Positions 36,672 to 46,370 of a DNA stretch of 64,000 bases are shown here, piece after piece. The stretch lies in assembly GCA_035259205.1 (NCBI GenBank), contig DATFWO010000234.1:3947-67946 (forward strand). Direction: 5' to 3'. Position 1 is the first letter of the stretch; every line of letters starts with the position of its first letter. The DNA comes from Burkholderiales bacterium. Lineage in GTDB: Bacteria; Pseudomonadota; Gammaproteobacteria; Burkholderiales; SG8-41. The notes beneath the pieces were generated by a model. It was not told the DNA's origin, made no database searches, and saw only the letters and a list, made by a program, of their open reading frames with translations. The translations under genes were made by a program, and so were the position numbers.

Positions 36672-37193
36672 GTGCTGAAGGTGTGGGACCCGTTCGTTCG
36701 GGTAGCGCACTGGTCTCTCGTCGCCGGCATCATCGCGGCGTGGTTCACCAGAAAATCGCTCCACGAATGGATCGGTTACGCCGCGCTCGGCATCGTTGTG
36801 CTGCGGATCGTGTGGGGACTGATCGGCCCCCGTTACGCGCGCTTTCGCCAATTTGTCCTGGGGCCGGCCGCGACTTTGGCGTACGCCAGGGCGTTCACCG
36901 CACGCGTCGAGCCCCGCTATCTTGGGCATAACCCTCTTGGGGGTTGGATGATCGTCGCATTGCTCGCCACCGTGGCGCTGACCTGCGCAAGCGGCTGGCT
37001 CTCCATCACGGATCGTTTCTGGGGCGTGGAGTGGGTGCAGGAGACCCATGCTTTCCTTGCGGATGCGCTGGTCGCACTGGCCTGCTTGCACGTCGGAGGC
37101 GTCGCGTACACCAGCCTGCGCCACCGCGACAATCTGCCGCGCGCCATGGTGACCGGCTACAAGCTGCCACCGCGGCAAGGGGACGTCGTCTGA
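36672..37193 (+). CDS. cytochrome b561 / Ni-hydrogenase b-type cytochrome family membrane protein
   Basis: VWDPFVRVAHW..., 4 TM segments, conserved His residues (HW, HNPLGG, HAFLAD, LHVGGV). 173 aa. Confidence 0.8.
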   Translation: MLKVWDPFVRVAHWSLVAGIIAAWFTRKSLHEWIGYAALGIVVLRIVWGLIGPRYARFRQFVLGPAATLAYARAFTARVEPRYLGHNPLGGWMIVALLATVALTCASGWLSITDRFWGVEWVQETHAFLADALVALACLHVGGVAYTSLRHRDNLPRAMVTGYKLPPRQGDVV

Positions 37194-37601
37194 CAATCCC
37201 GCAAGATGGTGGCGTGAGGCCGTGACCTTCATAGAGCGAGGTCGTAACCGCCGCCGCATAGGCTCGCGAACTGAGGCGAACGCTGTCCACCCGATGATTT
37301 TCGCTAGGTTGCCCTGAGCTGGGTGCCTAAGGCGCGGAACGGCACGCTCTTGGTTCAACTGTCCGCTGGTCCGATCTGTGGCGAGACGATCCGCACCGAA
37401 CATGTTGGAAATAGGCGTAAAACGCAGTAGTATTTCGAACGCATCTTTCCAGGTGCACGTGCCCTCAGTGCAAGGGTATCGGGATAACAATGGAGACAAG
37501 AGGGACGTACCCTCGTCGCAAAGATCCGGCATTCCGGCTTCGTTAGCGGATTCGCTTGTTTCTTCAGGCGGTTTTCTTGCCAACCGGGCAAAGGTCTCGG
37601 A

Positions 37602-38963
37602 ATGTCTGAAAGCAATCGCGTTGCGTGGACCGAGGGACTCTTCCTCCGCCCTCAGCATTTTCAGCAGGCCGAGCGATTCTTCGAAAGGCTGGTCGGTGCA
37701 ACGGAGGACTGCACTTTTGCCTATCGCTACGGCTTTGCCCAGCTGGAGATCGATCAGGAGCTCGCCAAGCTGGGCAAACTCGGATTGGCCCGTGCGAAAG
37801 GAATCCTTCCGGACGGAACGCCCTTTGATATTCCCTATGAGGATGACATTCCAACGCCGCTCGAAATGCCCGACGGCGCGAAGGATGTCGCAGTCGCCCT
37901 GGCGCTTCCGCTGCGGCGACCGAACATGCCCGCGATGTCGCTCGAGCGCAATTCGAACAACGCGCTCGCGCGTTACTATGCCGCCGATGCGGAGGCCCGG
38001 GACGCGGTCGCCGAAATGGACAGCACGGCGGAACTGAAGATCGGGAAACTCAACCTCGGGCTGCGGATCGCGGACGAACTGTCCTCTGCCTACTCCTCTC
38101 TCGCCATCGCGCGCGTCGTCGAGAAACGCCCGGACGGCCGCTTGATATTCAACGCCGAACACTATCCCACCGTGATCGATTGCCGGGCGAGCCCGAAATT
38201 GCTCGATTGCGTCAACGAAGTCCATGGACTTCTGCGGCACCGCGCGCAGGGGCTGGCCGACCGCGTCGCGCAGCCGGGCAGCAAAGGCGTCGCCGAATTC
38301 GCGGACTTTCTGCTGCTTCAGCTCTGCAATCGCGCTCAACCCGTTTTCTCGCACCTGGCCAGCCGCGGAATGCTGCATCCCGAGGTCTTCTACTCCTGTC
38401 TGGTTGCGCTTGCCGGTGAATTGGGCACATTCGCGCGCAAGGACCGTCGCTCGGCGGAATTCGAGCCATATCGCCACGACGCCCTGTGGGAAACGTTCCA
38501 GCCGGTGATGGAAGAGGTGAGGCGCTCCCTGACCGCCATACTCGAAAGCGCGGCGGTGCAGATACCCGTCGAGGACATGACCAAGGGCTACTATGTCGGG
38601 CGGGTGCAGGACGTCGAGCTGCTGCGCTCGGCGGTGTTCGTGCTGGCCGTCAATGCGCAGCTTCCTTCCGAGACGCTGCGTGGACGCTTTCCGCGGGAGG
38701 CGCAGATCGGCTCCCGCGAGAGAATCCGTGCTCTCGTCGATTCGCAGCTTCCCGGCATCGTCCTGCGTCCGCTGCCGGTCGCGCCCAGGCAGATTCCGTA
38801 CCATGCGGGCTACACCTACTTCGAGCTCGACAAGGTCCGGCGGCAGAACGATCCGGTCGATTACTGGAAGGATCTGGAAGCCTCTCGCATGCTGATCATG
38901 CACGTCGCCGGCGAGTTTCCCGAGCTGAACCTTCAGCTCTGGGCCATTCGTCGCGACTCGTGA
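37602..38963 (+). CDS. tssK: T6SS baseplate subunit TssK
   Basis: N-terminal VAWTEGLFLRPQHFQQ signature. 453 aa. Confidence 0.92.
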   Translation: MSESNRVAWTEGLFLRPQHFQQAERFFERLVGATEDCTFAYRYGFAQLEIDQELAKLGKLGLARAKGILPDGTPFDIPYEDDIPTPLEMPDGAKDVAVALALPLRRPNMPAMSLERNSNNALARYYAADAEARDAVAEMDSTAELKIGKLNLGLRIADELSSAYSSLAIARVVEKRPDGRLIFNAEHYPTVIDCRASPKLLDCVNEVHGLLRHRAQGLADRVAQPGSKGVAEFADFLLLQLCNRAQPVFSHLASRGMLHPEVFYSCLVALAGELGTFARKDRRSAEFEPYRHDALWETFQPVMEEVRRSLTAILESAAVQIPVEDMTKGYYVGRVQDVELLRSAVFVLAVNAQLPSETLRGRFPREAQIGSRERIRALVDSQLPGIVLRPLPVAPRQIPYHAGYTYFELDKVRRQNDPVDYWKDLEASRMLIMHVAGEFPELNLQLWAIRRDS

Positions 38964-39002
38964 AATCGCGCACACAGGCGATAATCCCCTGAAAGAAATT
39001 CG

Positions 39003-40307
39003 GTGAGCCAGAAGACGACGCCGGACGAAGACCTGGAAGCGACCGTAGGCATAATCGCTGCGAGGCGGAAGGTATTTCAGCGGTCGGTGCTGCAGACCGA
39101 CGCCATGGTTCGGACTGCAGAGAGCCACAGCCTGCCGCTCGGCGGATTGACCGGGATCAACCCGATCGTGGCGGCCGCCAATCCGCTCCTTTCCCTCGTT
39201 CCCCAGCTGCGCTCATCCATGGCGCACCCGGATCCCACCGGATTGCGTGAGCTCCTGCTGCGCCAGATCAGCGCTTTCGAGAAGGCAAGTCGGGACCACG
39301 GCGTTTCCCCGGAGCACGTGCATGTGGCGCGTTACGCGCTGTGCACGCTGATCGACGAATCGATTTCCCTTACGCCCTGGGGCAGCTCAGCGCACTGGGC
39401 GAACAGCAGCCTGCTGGTAACGCTGTACAAGGAGACGTGGGGCGGGGAGAAATTTTTCCTGCTGCTCGGAAAGCTCGCCGAAGATCCGATAAAGAACCGA
39501 TACCCGCTCGAGCTCATGTATGTCTGCCTTGCGCTAGGCTTCGAAGGCAGGTATCGGGTGATCGACCGCGGCAGGGCTCAGCTCGACGAGGTGCGCGAGC
39601 GGCTCTACAACATGCTGCGTAACCAGCGCCGTGATGGGGAGCGCGATCTGTCTCCGCACTGGCGCGGCCTCAAGACAACGATCGGACGAGCGGTCCGGTT
39701 CCTTCCGCTGTGGGTCACTGCCTCCCTCGCGGTGGTGCTGCTCGCCGGACTCTTCATCGGCTTGAGCATCGCGCTCAACCGGAGCTCGGACCGGGTCTTC
39801 GGGACGCTGGCGAAGCTGCGCGTGCCGGCGCCGCCGCAGCCGGTAGCTACCGTGATTCCCAAAGTCGTGGTGGCGCGGCTGAGCGGTTTTCTCACCGACG
39901 AGATCGCCAAGGGGCTGGTGGAGGTGAAGGAGGATGAGACGACGAGTCGCGTCACGATACGCGGGGACAACTTGTTTGAGCGCGGCAGCGCCGTGATCGA
40001 ACTGCAGTACGAGCCCATACTCGCCCGCATCGCGGATGCGCTGAACAACGTGCCGGGACTGGTGACCGTAACCGGACATACCGACAGCGATCCGCTGCGC
40101 TACTCTGCACGGTTTCCCTCCAACTGGCACCTGTCGCAGGAGCGGGCGGTATCCGTGGTGCGCCTGATGTCCAGAACCGTGAAAGACCCGTCGCGAATGA
40201 AGGCCGAGGGGGCGGCGGACGCCTATCCGGTCGCGCCGAACGATACGAAGGAAAACAAGGCGCGCAACCGGCGCGTCGAGATTGTCTTGAAAGTGGCGCA
40301 GCAATGA
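39003..40307 (+). CDS. tssL: T6SS membrane subunit TssL (DotU) fused to a C-terminal OmpA/MotB peptidoglycan-binding domain
   Basis: DotU part (NPIVAAANPLLSLVPQLR...YALCTLIDE...LELMYVCLALGFEGRY), one TM segment, then an OmpA-like part (VTGHTDSDP..SNWHLSQERAVSV..NRRVEIVL). Confidence 0.9.
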   Translation: MSQKTTPDEDLEATVGIIAARRKVFQRSVLQTDAMVRTAESHSLPLGGLTGINPIVAAANPLLSLVPQLRSSMAHPDPTGLRELLLRQISAFEKASRDHGVSPEHVHVARYALCTLIDESISLTPWGSSAHWANSSLLVTLYKETWGGEKFFLLLGKLAEDPIKNRYPLELMYVCLALGFEGRYRVIDRGRAQLDEVRERLYNMLRNQRRDGERDLSPHWRGLKTTIGRAVRFLPLWVTASLAVVLLAGLFIGLSIALNRSSDRVFGTLAKLRVPAPPQPVATVIPKVVVARLSGFLTDEIAKGLVEVKEDETTSRVTIRGDNLFERGSAVIELQYEPILARIADALNNVPGLVTVTGHTDSDPLRYSARFPSNWHLSQERAVSVVRLMSRTVKDPSRMKAEGAADAYPVAPNDTKENKARNRRVEIVLKVAQQ

Positions 40308-40346
40308 CGACTCCCCGGGATAGTCACGGGCCCGGCGTGGTGTCGA

Positions 40347-43300
40347 TTGGGTGAAAGAGTGCGCAAGCTGATCCGAAACCGCTGGTTCCTCGGCGCCCTG
40401 ATGGTGCTGGCGCTTGCGCTCGCCATCTGGTTCATCGGGCCGGCGCTGGCCATATATGACCGCCGTCCGCTCGACAGCACGATCGTCCGCGTAGCGCTGA
40501 TCGTGCTCGTCGCGGCGATCTGGCTCGGCGTCGAACTGGGACGGTGGTGGGCAGCGCGGCAGGCAAACCAGAAGCTGCTGGAGGGCATGGCGGCCGGCGC
40601 GGAGGCCGACCCTTCGGCGGCCAAGTCGGTGGAGGAGGTGGCAACGCTCCGGCAGCGCTTCGAAGAAGCGTCGCAAGTATTGAAAAAGGCGCGGTTCGAG
40701 AACAGCAGCGGGGAGAAGCAGTTTCTCTATGAGCTGCCATGGTATGCGTTTGTCGGCGCGCCGGGTTCCGGAAAAACCACCGCCCTGGTCAACTCCGGAC
40801 TGCATTTTCCGCTCGGCGACGGCCAGCAAGGACACGCCGTAAAGGGCGTCGGCGGAACCCGCAACTGCGATTGGTGGTTTACGGACGAAGCGGTGCTGCT
40901 CGATACCGCCGGCCGTTACACCACTCAGGAGAGCGAGCAGAAGACCGATGCGGCGGCCTGGCTGGGTTTCCTGGACCTGCTGAAGAAATATCGTCCGCGG
41001 CGCCCGCTGAACGGAGCGATCATCACGGTCAGCATTGCCGACCTTCTCGTGTGGAACGAGGCGGACCGGGCCCGGTACGCCGACGCAGTGAGGCAGCGCA
41101 TCCAGGAGCTGTATTCCCGGCTGGGCGTGCGCTTTCCTCTCTACGTCATGGTCACGAAGAGCGACCTGCTCGCCGGATTCAACGAGTTTTTCGGGAGCTT
41201 CGGGCGGGAGGAGCGGGCACAGGTCTGGGGCATGACATTCCCGCACCAGGCCGAGGCGAAGGTTGCGGTGGATTACGCACCCCTCTTCGATTCCGAATTC
41301 CAGGCGCTGGAAAACCGGCTCAATGGAATTCTGCTCGACCGGGTACAGCAGGAGCGTGACCAGCAGCGTCGCGCGCTCATTTACAACTTCCCGCAGCAAT
41401 TCAGCGGTCTCAAGTCGCTGCTTGCGGAGTTCGTCGCGAGCGTCTTCCAGTCTTCGCGGTACAACGAACAGGGAATGCTGCGCGGGGTCTATTTTTCCAG
41501 CGGAACGCAGGAGGGCAGTCCGATCGATCGCGTGCTGGGCACGCTCTCGCGCAGCTTCCAGCTGGAGCGCAAGATCCTGCCGCCTTCGATATCAAGCGGA
41601 AAGAGCTTTTTCCTGACAAACCTGCTCAAGGAATTGATATTTCCGGAGGCCGGCCTTGCGGGAGCGAACGCGCGGCTGGAGCGCAAGCTCAGAACGGCGC
41701 TCATGGCCGGGTACGCGCTGGTATTGGTGTTGACGCTGGGGATGGCGACGGCGTGGCTCGTGAGCTACTTCCGCAACCAGGCGTTGATTTCGGAATTTCA
41801 GGCCAAAGCCGATGCGGTGAAAGAGACGGTCGATCGGCTGCCACCGCCGGCGCTTGGCGATCTGCTGCCGGTCGGTAATGTGCTCACGAGCCTGCGCAAT
41901 CTGAGCGAGCCGTACTCGAGCAGCGACTATCGGGTGCCATGGTCTCTCACGTTCGGCCTGTATCAAGGCAGGAAGCTGAGCTCCCAGGCCGTGCGGACCT
42001 ATCAGGACGCATTGAGAGACGTCCTGTTGCCGCGCGTCGCACTGCGGCTGGAGCAGCTGCTGGTCGATGGCGGCAACGCGGTCGACCAGTACGATGTGCT
42101 CAAGAACTATCTGATGCTCTATTCGGACAAGTATCTCGATCCGAAAGGGCTCGAGGAATTCGTAGTGCGCGACTGGCTGCAGACCTTTCGTTCGCCGGAG
42201 TTGAGCCCGCCGGTCAAAGCCTTACAGGAGCATCTGCGCACCGCGCTGCGGAACCGTCCCCTGGAGATGGCCTACCGGCAAAACACACAGGTGGTGGCTG
42301 ATACGCGGAAAAGACTCGCCGGCGCGTCGCTCCCGGAACGCGTCTATGCGCGCCTCCGCCAGGAAGCCGAGCGCGCCGACGTGCCGCCGTTCCGGCTGAG
42401 CGATGCGGCGGGCCCGACTGCCGCGCAGGTTTTCGTTCGAGCCTCCAAGCAGCCGCTGTCGGAGGGCGTGCCGGGGATGTTCACCGTCGCCGGCTACGGC
42501 AAGGCCGTCAGCCCGGCCGTCGATGCGATCGCGCGGCGAATGTTCGAGGAAGAGTCGTGGGTGCTCGGCTCCAAGACCGGAGGTGCTGTCGGCACCGCGC
42601 TCAGCTCGATTCCGATGCTGAATGAGATCCGCCGGCGCTACTTCGAGGATTACGCAAAAGAATGGGACGGTTTTCTGGGCGATATCCGGCTCGCGCCTTC
42701 AGCCGATCTCTCGCAGACGCTGCAACTGGCGAAGCTGCTGTCCGGCCCGGATTCGCCGTTACGGCGGCTCATGCAGAGCGCCGCGAAGGAACTTTCGTTC
42801 ACAGGCACCGGAGACGTCACTTCGAAAGCCGGCATCGCGAAGGCGGCGACGGATGCCGTGGTTGATTTCGCGAAAAAAACGCTCGGATCCGGCGCTGCGA
42901 AAGTCGAGAGCCTTGCGGTTGAACGGCCGGAGACGATCGTGGAGGAGCGTTTCAGGAGCCTGCGCGAATTTGTCACGGCCCCCGCGGGCGGCCGGGCACC
43001 GATCGACCGGGTAACCGATGCGGTGAAGGAATACTCGGTGCGGCTGGATGCAGTGTCCGAAGCGCTGCGCCGGGGCGATCCCACGGCGCCGAAACTCGTG
43101 GATACGGCCCAGTTGCGGATGGAGGCTGACCAGGCGCCCCTGCCGGCGCGCGAGGTGTTGCGGAGTCTCATCACCGCGAGTGTCGGTCAGGCGGCCGGCG
43201 CCGCACGCGAAAAGCTGGCGAGCGATGTCGGAGGGGCTGCGTCGTTTTGCGAGAAAGCGATCGGCAGCCGCTATCCGTTTGCCCGCGCGGCCCAGGCGGA

Positions 43301-43898
43301 AGTCACGCTCGATGACTTCAGCAAGGTCTTTGCGCCCGGCGGCGATCTGGACGATTTTTTCCAGAAGAACCTCGCGGTGCTGGTCGATACCTCTGGTCGT
43401 CAATGGCGCCCCCGTTCCGGCGACGGGGGCAGCACCGTCTCGCCGCAAACGATCGCGCAGTTTCAGCGGGCAGCCGCGATTCGCGACGCGTTTTACCGCA
43501 GCGGCTCCAAGATGCCCGCCGCTTCGGCAGAGCTCGCCCTGACGCAAATCGACGAGCGGCTGACGCACGCAACGATCGAAATCGACAACCAGGTGATGCG
43601 CTTCGACCGCATTGCGTCGATCCCGGCGCGGCTCGCGTGGCCGAGTCAACGTCCGGGCGGGCGTGTGCGCCTGCAGGTGTATCCGACCGGCGCCGCGATC
43701 GCCTTCGAAGGCACCTGGGCGTTGTTCAGACTCATCGATCGCGGAAATCCGCAGGTCGGGCCGCAGTCGGAGCGCATGCAGCTTACCTATGTGCTGGAGG
43801 GTGCCCGGGTGGTATTCGAATTGCGCGCCTCCAGCGCGGTCTACAACCCGTTTCATCTCCAGGCGCTGGAGGACTTCCGTTGTCCGAACCGACGTTGA
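40347..43898 (+). CDS. tssM: T6SS membrane subunit TssM (IcmF)
   Basis: 1183 aa. N-terminal TM segments, Walker A GAPGSGKTT, and IcmF-related central and C-terminal regions. The start is approximate (TTG 40347 or GTG 40359). Confidence 0.92.
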   Translation: MGERVRKLIRNRWFLGALMVLALALAIWFIGPALAIYDRRPLDSTIVRVALIVLVAAIWLGVELGRWWAARQANQKLLEGMAAGAEADPSAAKSVEEVATLRQRFEEASQVLKKARFENSSGEKQFLYELPWYAFVGAPGSGKTTALVNSGLHFPLGDGQQGHAVKGVGGTRNCDWWFTDEAVLLDTAGRYTTQESEQKTDAAAWLGFLDLLKKYRPRRPLNGAIITVSIADLLVWNEADRARYADAVRQRIQELYSRLGVRFPLYVMVTKSDLLAGFNEFFGSFGREERAQVWGMTFPHQAEAKVAVDYAPLFDSEFQALENRLNGILLDRVQQERDQQRRALIYNFPQQFSGLKSLLAEFVASVFQSSRYNEQGMLRGVYFSSGTQEGSPIDRVLGTLSRSFQLERKILPPSISSGKSFFLTNLLKELIFPEAGLAGANARLERKLRTALMAGYALVLVLTLGMATAWLVSYFRNQALISEFQAKADAVKETVDRLPPPALGDLLPVGNVLTSLRNLSEPYSSSDYRVPWSLTFGLYQGRKLSSQAVRTYQDALRDVLLPRVALRLEQLLVDGGNAVDQYDVLKNYLMLYSDKYLDPKGLEEFVVRDWLQTFRSPELSPPVKALQEHLRTALRNRPLEMAYRQNTQVVADTRKRLAGASLPERVYARLRQEAERADVPPFRLSDAAGPTAAQVFVRASKQPLSEGVPGMFTVAGYGKAVSPAVDAIARRMFEEESWVLGSKTGGAVGTALSSIPMLNEIRRRYFEDYAKEWDGFLGDIRLAPSADLSQTLQLAKLLSGPDSPLRRLMQSAAKELSFTGTGDVTSKAGIAKAATDAVVDFAKKTLGSGAAKVESLAVERPETIVEERFRSLREFVTAPAGGRAPIDRVTDAVKEYSVRLDAVSEALRRGDPTAPKLVDTAQLRMEADQAPLPAREVLRSLITASVGQAAGAAREKLASDVGGAASFCEKAIGSRYPFARAAQAEVTLDDFSKVFAPGGDLDDFFQKNLAVLVDTSGRQWRPRSGDGGSTVSPQTIAQFQRAAAIRDAFYRSGSKMPAASAELALTQIDERLTHATIEIDNQVMRFDRIASIPARLAWPSQRPGGRVRLQVYPTGAAIAFEGTWALFRLIDRGNPQVGPQSERMQLTYVLEGARVVFELRASSAVYNPFHLQALEDFRCPNRR

Positions 43899-44647
43899 TT
43901 GAATCGTTACGGCGGCCTGGCCTCTACGGCAAACTGCACAGCCACGGCGACTTCATTGCGCGGCGATTGCCCCAGAATTTCATCAGCGGGTGGGACGCGT
44001 GGCTGCAGGAAGGAATAGCCGTGAGCAAGAACGTGCTGGGGCCGGCGTGGGAGGACAAGTATCGCGAAGCGCCGGTCTGGCGGTTCGTCCTCCCGCCCGG
44101 GGTGTGCGGAACGCGGGCCTGGGCGGGCATCGTCCAGCCGAGCGTCGACCGCGTGGGCCGCTACTTTCCGCTCACCATTGCCGCGGCTCTGCCCGGTCCA
44201 TTGGATGCCCTCGGCACGCTCTTCGGGGCGGCGCCCTGGTACGCCGAGATCGAGCGCGAGGGCTCCGTCGCTTTCGACGCGACTGCCAGTCTTGATGACC
44301 TCGACGCCCGCCTCGAGACACTTGTTTTCCCGGCGGACTCCATTGCAGTCGCCATCGAAGAGGACGACGACACAAAGCCAATGGCCGAGCGTATCTTCAC
44401 TGCCGCGAAAGTGGATCTGGGAGGCAACATTTCGCGCGATGGCGCCAAAGCGGCTCTGAACAGCGAGCAGATTGTCATCGGCAGATGGGATTGCGTCTGG
44501 ATCAGCATGGATAGCGCTGTCGCCGAACCGGTACTGCTGGTATCCAAAGCGCTTCCGGAGCCTCGCTGCTTCTGCGCCCTGCTGGACGGCCATTGGGCCG
44601 AGCACGGCTGGGAGGCCGGTGTCAGCGGCGCGATTCCGAGCCACTGA
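43880..44647 (+). CDS. tagF: T6SS-associated protein TagF (ImpM/DUF2094)
   Basis: GLYGKLHSHGDFIARRLPQNFISGWDAWLQEGI...PVWRFVLPPG...AGIVQPSVDRVGRYFPLTI signature. No ATG is present; TTG at 43880 or 43895 overlaps the tssM end. Confidence 0.85.
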   Translation: MSEPTLIESLRRPGLYGKLHSHGDFIARRLPQNFISGWDAWLQEGIAVSKNVLGPAWEDKYREAPVWRFVLPPGVCGTRAWAGIVQPSVDRVGRYFPLTIAAALPGPLDALGTLFGAAPWYAEIEREGSVAFDATASLDDLDARLETLVFPADSIAVAIEEDDDTKPMAERIFTAAKVDLGGNISRDGAKAALNSEQIVIGRWDCVWISMDSAVAEPVLLVSKALPEPRCFCALLDGHWAEHGWEAGVSGAIPSH

Positions 44648-44697
44648 GTGTCGGTTACATATATGATAGTGCTACAAACGGGAGAGGGAGCAGGTAC

Positions 44698-45723
44698 ATG
44701 CCCGGCTTCGAGCTTGAAAAGCTGCTGGAACCGGTTAGCGAAGCATCGCCAGTAGGGGAAAACCTCGAATACGATCCACGCTTTTCGGAGCTCGAGCGTG
44801 CGAGCGCCGGCCAGGAAGAGCGTTACTCCGGGAAGGAAGTGATCGCGGCGAAGGAGCCGGAATGGAAAGAGGTGCGAGCGATCGCGACCGAGCTCCTGGG
44901 GCGCACCAAGGACCTGCGGGTTGCGGTCCGGCTGGCGACCGCCGAGGCGGCGCTCGACGGCATTAGCGGGCTCGCGTCGGGCGTTGCGCTCATCCGGGGA
45001 TTGCTGGAACGCTACTGGGACGGCATTCATCCGGCACTGGAGCCCGACGACAGCAATGACCCGGTTTTCCGGGTAAACGCGCTTGCTTCGCTTGCTGATC
45101 CAGCGGGACTGTACGGGATCGTGCGCAAGAGCTACCTGGTCGAATCGCGCTCGGTCGGACGGTTTACCTTTCGCGATCTCGATGTCGCCGAGCAGAGGAC
45201 CTCTCCCGTGGGGGACGAAACTGCCCCGGGGCCGGAGCTGCTGCTGTCCGCGCTGACCGAGGCGGGCGGCGACTACGCACAGGCCAGGTTGTCGATGTTG
45301 AACACGGTTCGCGACGACCTGCGCTCGATCGACAAGGTTTTCTCCGACAAAACCGGCGGGCAGGCGGGACCGAACTTCGAGGTGCTCGACAAGACGCTGG
45401 GCTATGGCGTCGCGTTTCTTGCCAAAGGCGTGCCAAAAGGGCAGGATGATACTGGCGAGGGAGGGATCGAGCAGGCCGACGGTTCCGTTTCGGGCGACCG
45501 TACGGTCGCCGTAGGCGCACTCCGGTCGCGGGAAGACGTGAAACGCGTGCTGGAGCAAGTCTGCATCTTCATGGAACGAACCGAGCCGAGCAATCCCGCG
45601 CCGATACTCATTCGGCGCGCGCAGCGGCTGCTCGACGTCGGCTTCATGGATATCATTCAGGACCTGGCGCCAGACGCGGTCGCGCAGATCGAAAAGCTGG
45701 TGGGGAGCGGTCGTCCGGGTTGA
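44698..45723 (+). CDS. tssA: T6SS protein TssA (short, ImpA_N-containing, H1-TssA1-like)
   Basis: Met36 of ORF 44593..45723. ImpA_N motif LLEPVSEASPVGENLEYDPRFSELE and a conserved C-terminal NPAPILIRRAQRL. Confidence 0.88.
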   Translation: MPGFELEKLLEPVSEASPVGENLEYDPRFSELERASAGQEERYSGKEVIAAKEPEWKEVRAIATELLGRTKDLRVAVRLATAEAALDGISGLASGVALIRGLLERYWDGIHPALEPDDSNDPVFRVNALASLADPAGLYGIVRKSYLVESRSVGRFTFRDLDVAEQRTSPVGDETAPGPELLLSALTEAGGDYAQARLSMLNTVRDDLRSIDKVFSDKTGGQAGPNFEVLDKTLGYGVAFLAKGVPKGQDDTGEGGIEQADGSVSGDRTVAVGALRSREDVKRVLEQVCIFMERTEPSNPAPILIRRAQRLLDVGFMDIIQDLAPDAVAQIEKLVGSGRPG

Positions 45724-45811
45724 GCGCGGTAAGGCTCGTTGATCCGGATTTGAAGTAACATATTCCTTGCGCTCCCAAAGGAATTGGGTAGATTAGAAAA
45801 GGAGATCAGCC

Positions 45812-46333
45812 ATGGCGCAAAGCAGTCAGAAATTCATCGCACGCAACCGCGCACCGCGCGTACAGATCGAATACGACGTCGAGGTATACGGTTCGGAAAA
45901 GAAGGTCCAGCTGCCCTTCGTCATGGGAGTCATGTCGGACCTTTCGGGCAAGCCGGCAGATCCGCTGGCACCCGTGGCAGATCGGAAATTCCTCGAGATC
46001 GACGTCGACAATTTCGACGATCGGCTGAAGTCGATGAAGCCTCGCGTCGCGTTTCAGGTCCCCAACACCCTGACCGGTGAAGGAAACGTGAGCGTCGACA
46101 TCACCTTCGAGAGCATGGACGATTTCACGCCCGCCGCGATCGCGAAAAAGGTCGGTGCCCTCAACAAGCTGCTGGAAGCCCGCAGCGAGCTTGCCAATCT
46201 GCTCACGTACATGGATGGCAAGACCGGGGCGGAAGATCTGATCGCCAAGGTCATGAAGGACCCGAACCTGATGAAAGCGCTGTCGTCTGCGCCCAAGCCT
46301 GCGGAAGGCGGCTCGGAAGGCAAAGCCGGCTGA
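45812..46333 (+). CDS. tssB: T6SS contractile sheath small subunit TssB (VipA)
   Basis: RVQIEYDVEVYG..LPFVMGVMSDLSGK..IDVDNFDDRL signature. AAGGAG RBS. Confidence 0.95.
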   Translation: MAQSSQKFIARNRAPRVQIEYDVEVYGSEKKVQLPFVMGVMSDLSGKPADPLAPVADRKFLEIDVDNFDDRLKSMKPRVAFQVPNTLTGEGNVSVDITFESMDDFTPAAIAKKVGALNKLLEARSELANLLTYMDGKTGAEDLIAKVMKDPNLMKALSSAPKPAEGGSEGKAG

Positions 46334-46370
46334 GAGCCGCGCGCGTGAACTTACTGTAATGAGGTGAAAT

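Noticed and set aside
37340-37354. Sigma-54-like sequence cGGCACGctctTGGt, about 250 nt upstream of tssK.
   Set aside because: The -24 GG/GCAC part fits, but the -12 element is TGGT instead of TTGC. No enhancer-binding protein gene is in the window. A single degenerate hit is not enough to call a promoter.
36660-39128. Very long antisense ORFs: 36660..39128 (822 aa), 33404..35617 (737 aa), 14576..16531 (651 aa), 39534..41399 (621 aa), 6211..7632 (473 aa), 4652..6058 (468 aa) and many of 100-400 aa.
   Set aside because: Each lies opposite or out of frame to genes with strong family signatures. The translations are Arg/Gly/His/Pro-rich low complexity with no recognisable motifs. Such shadow ORFs are expected at this GC content.
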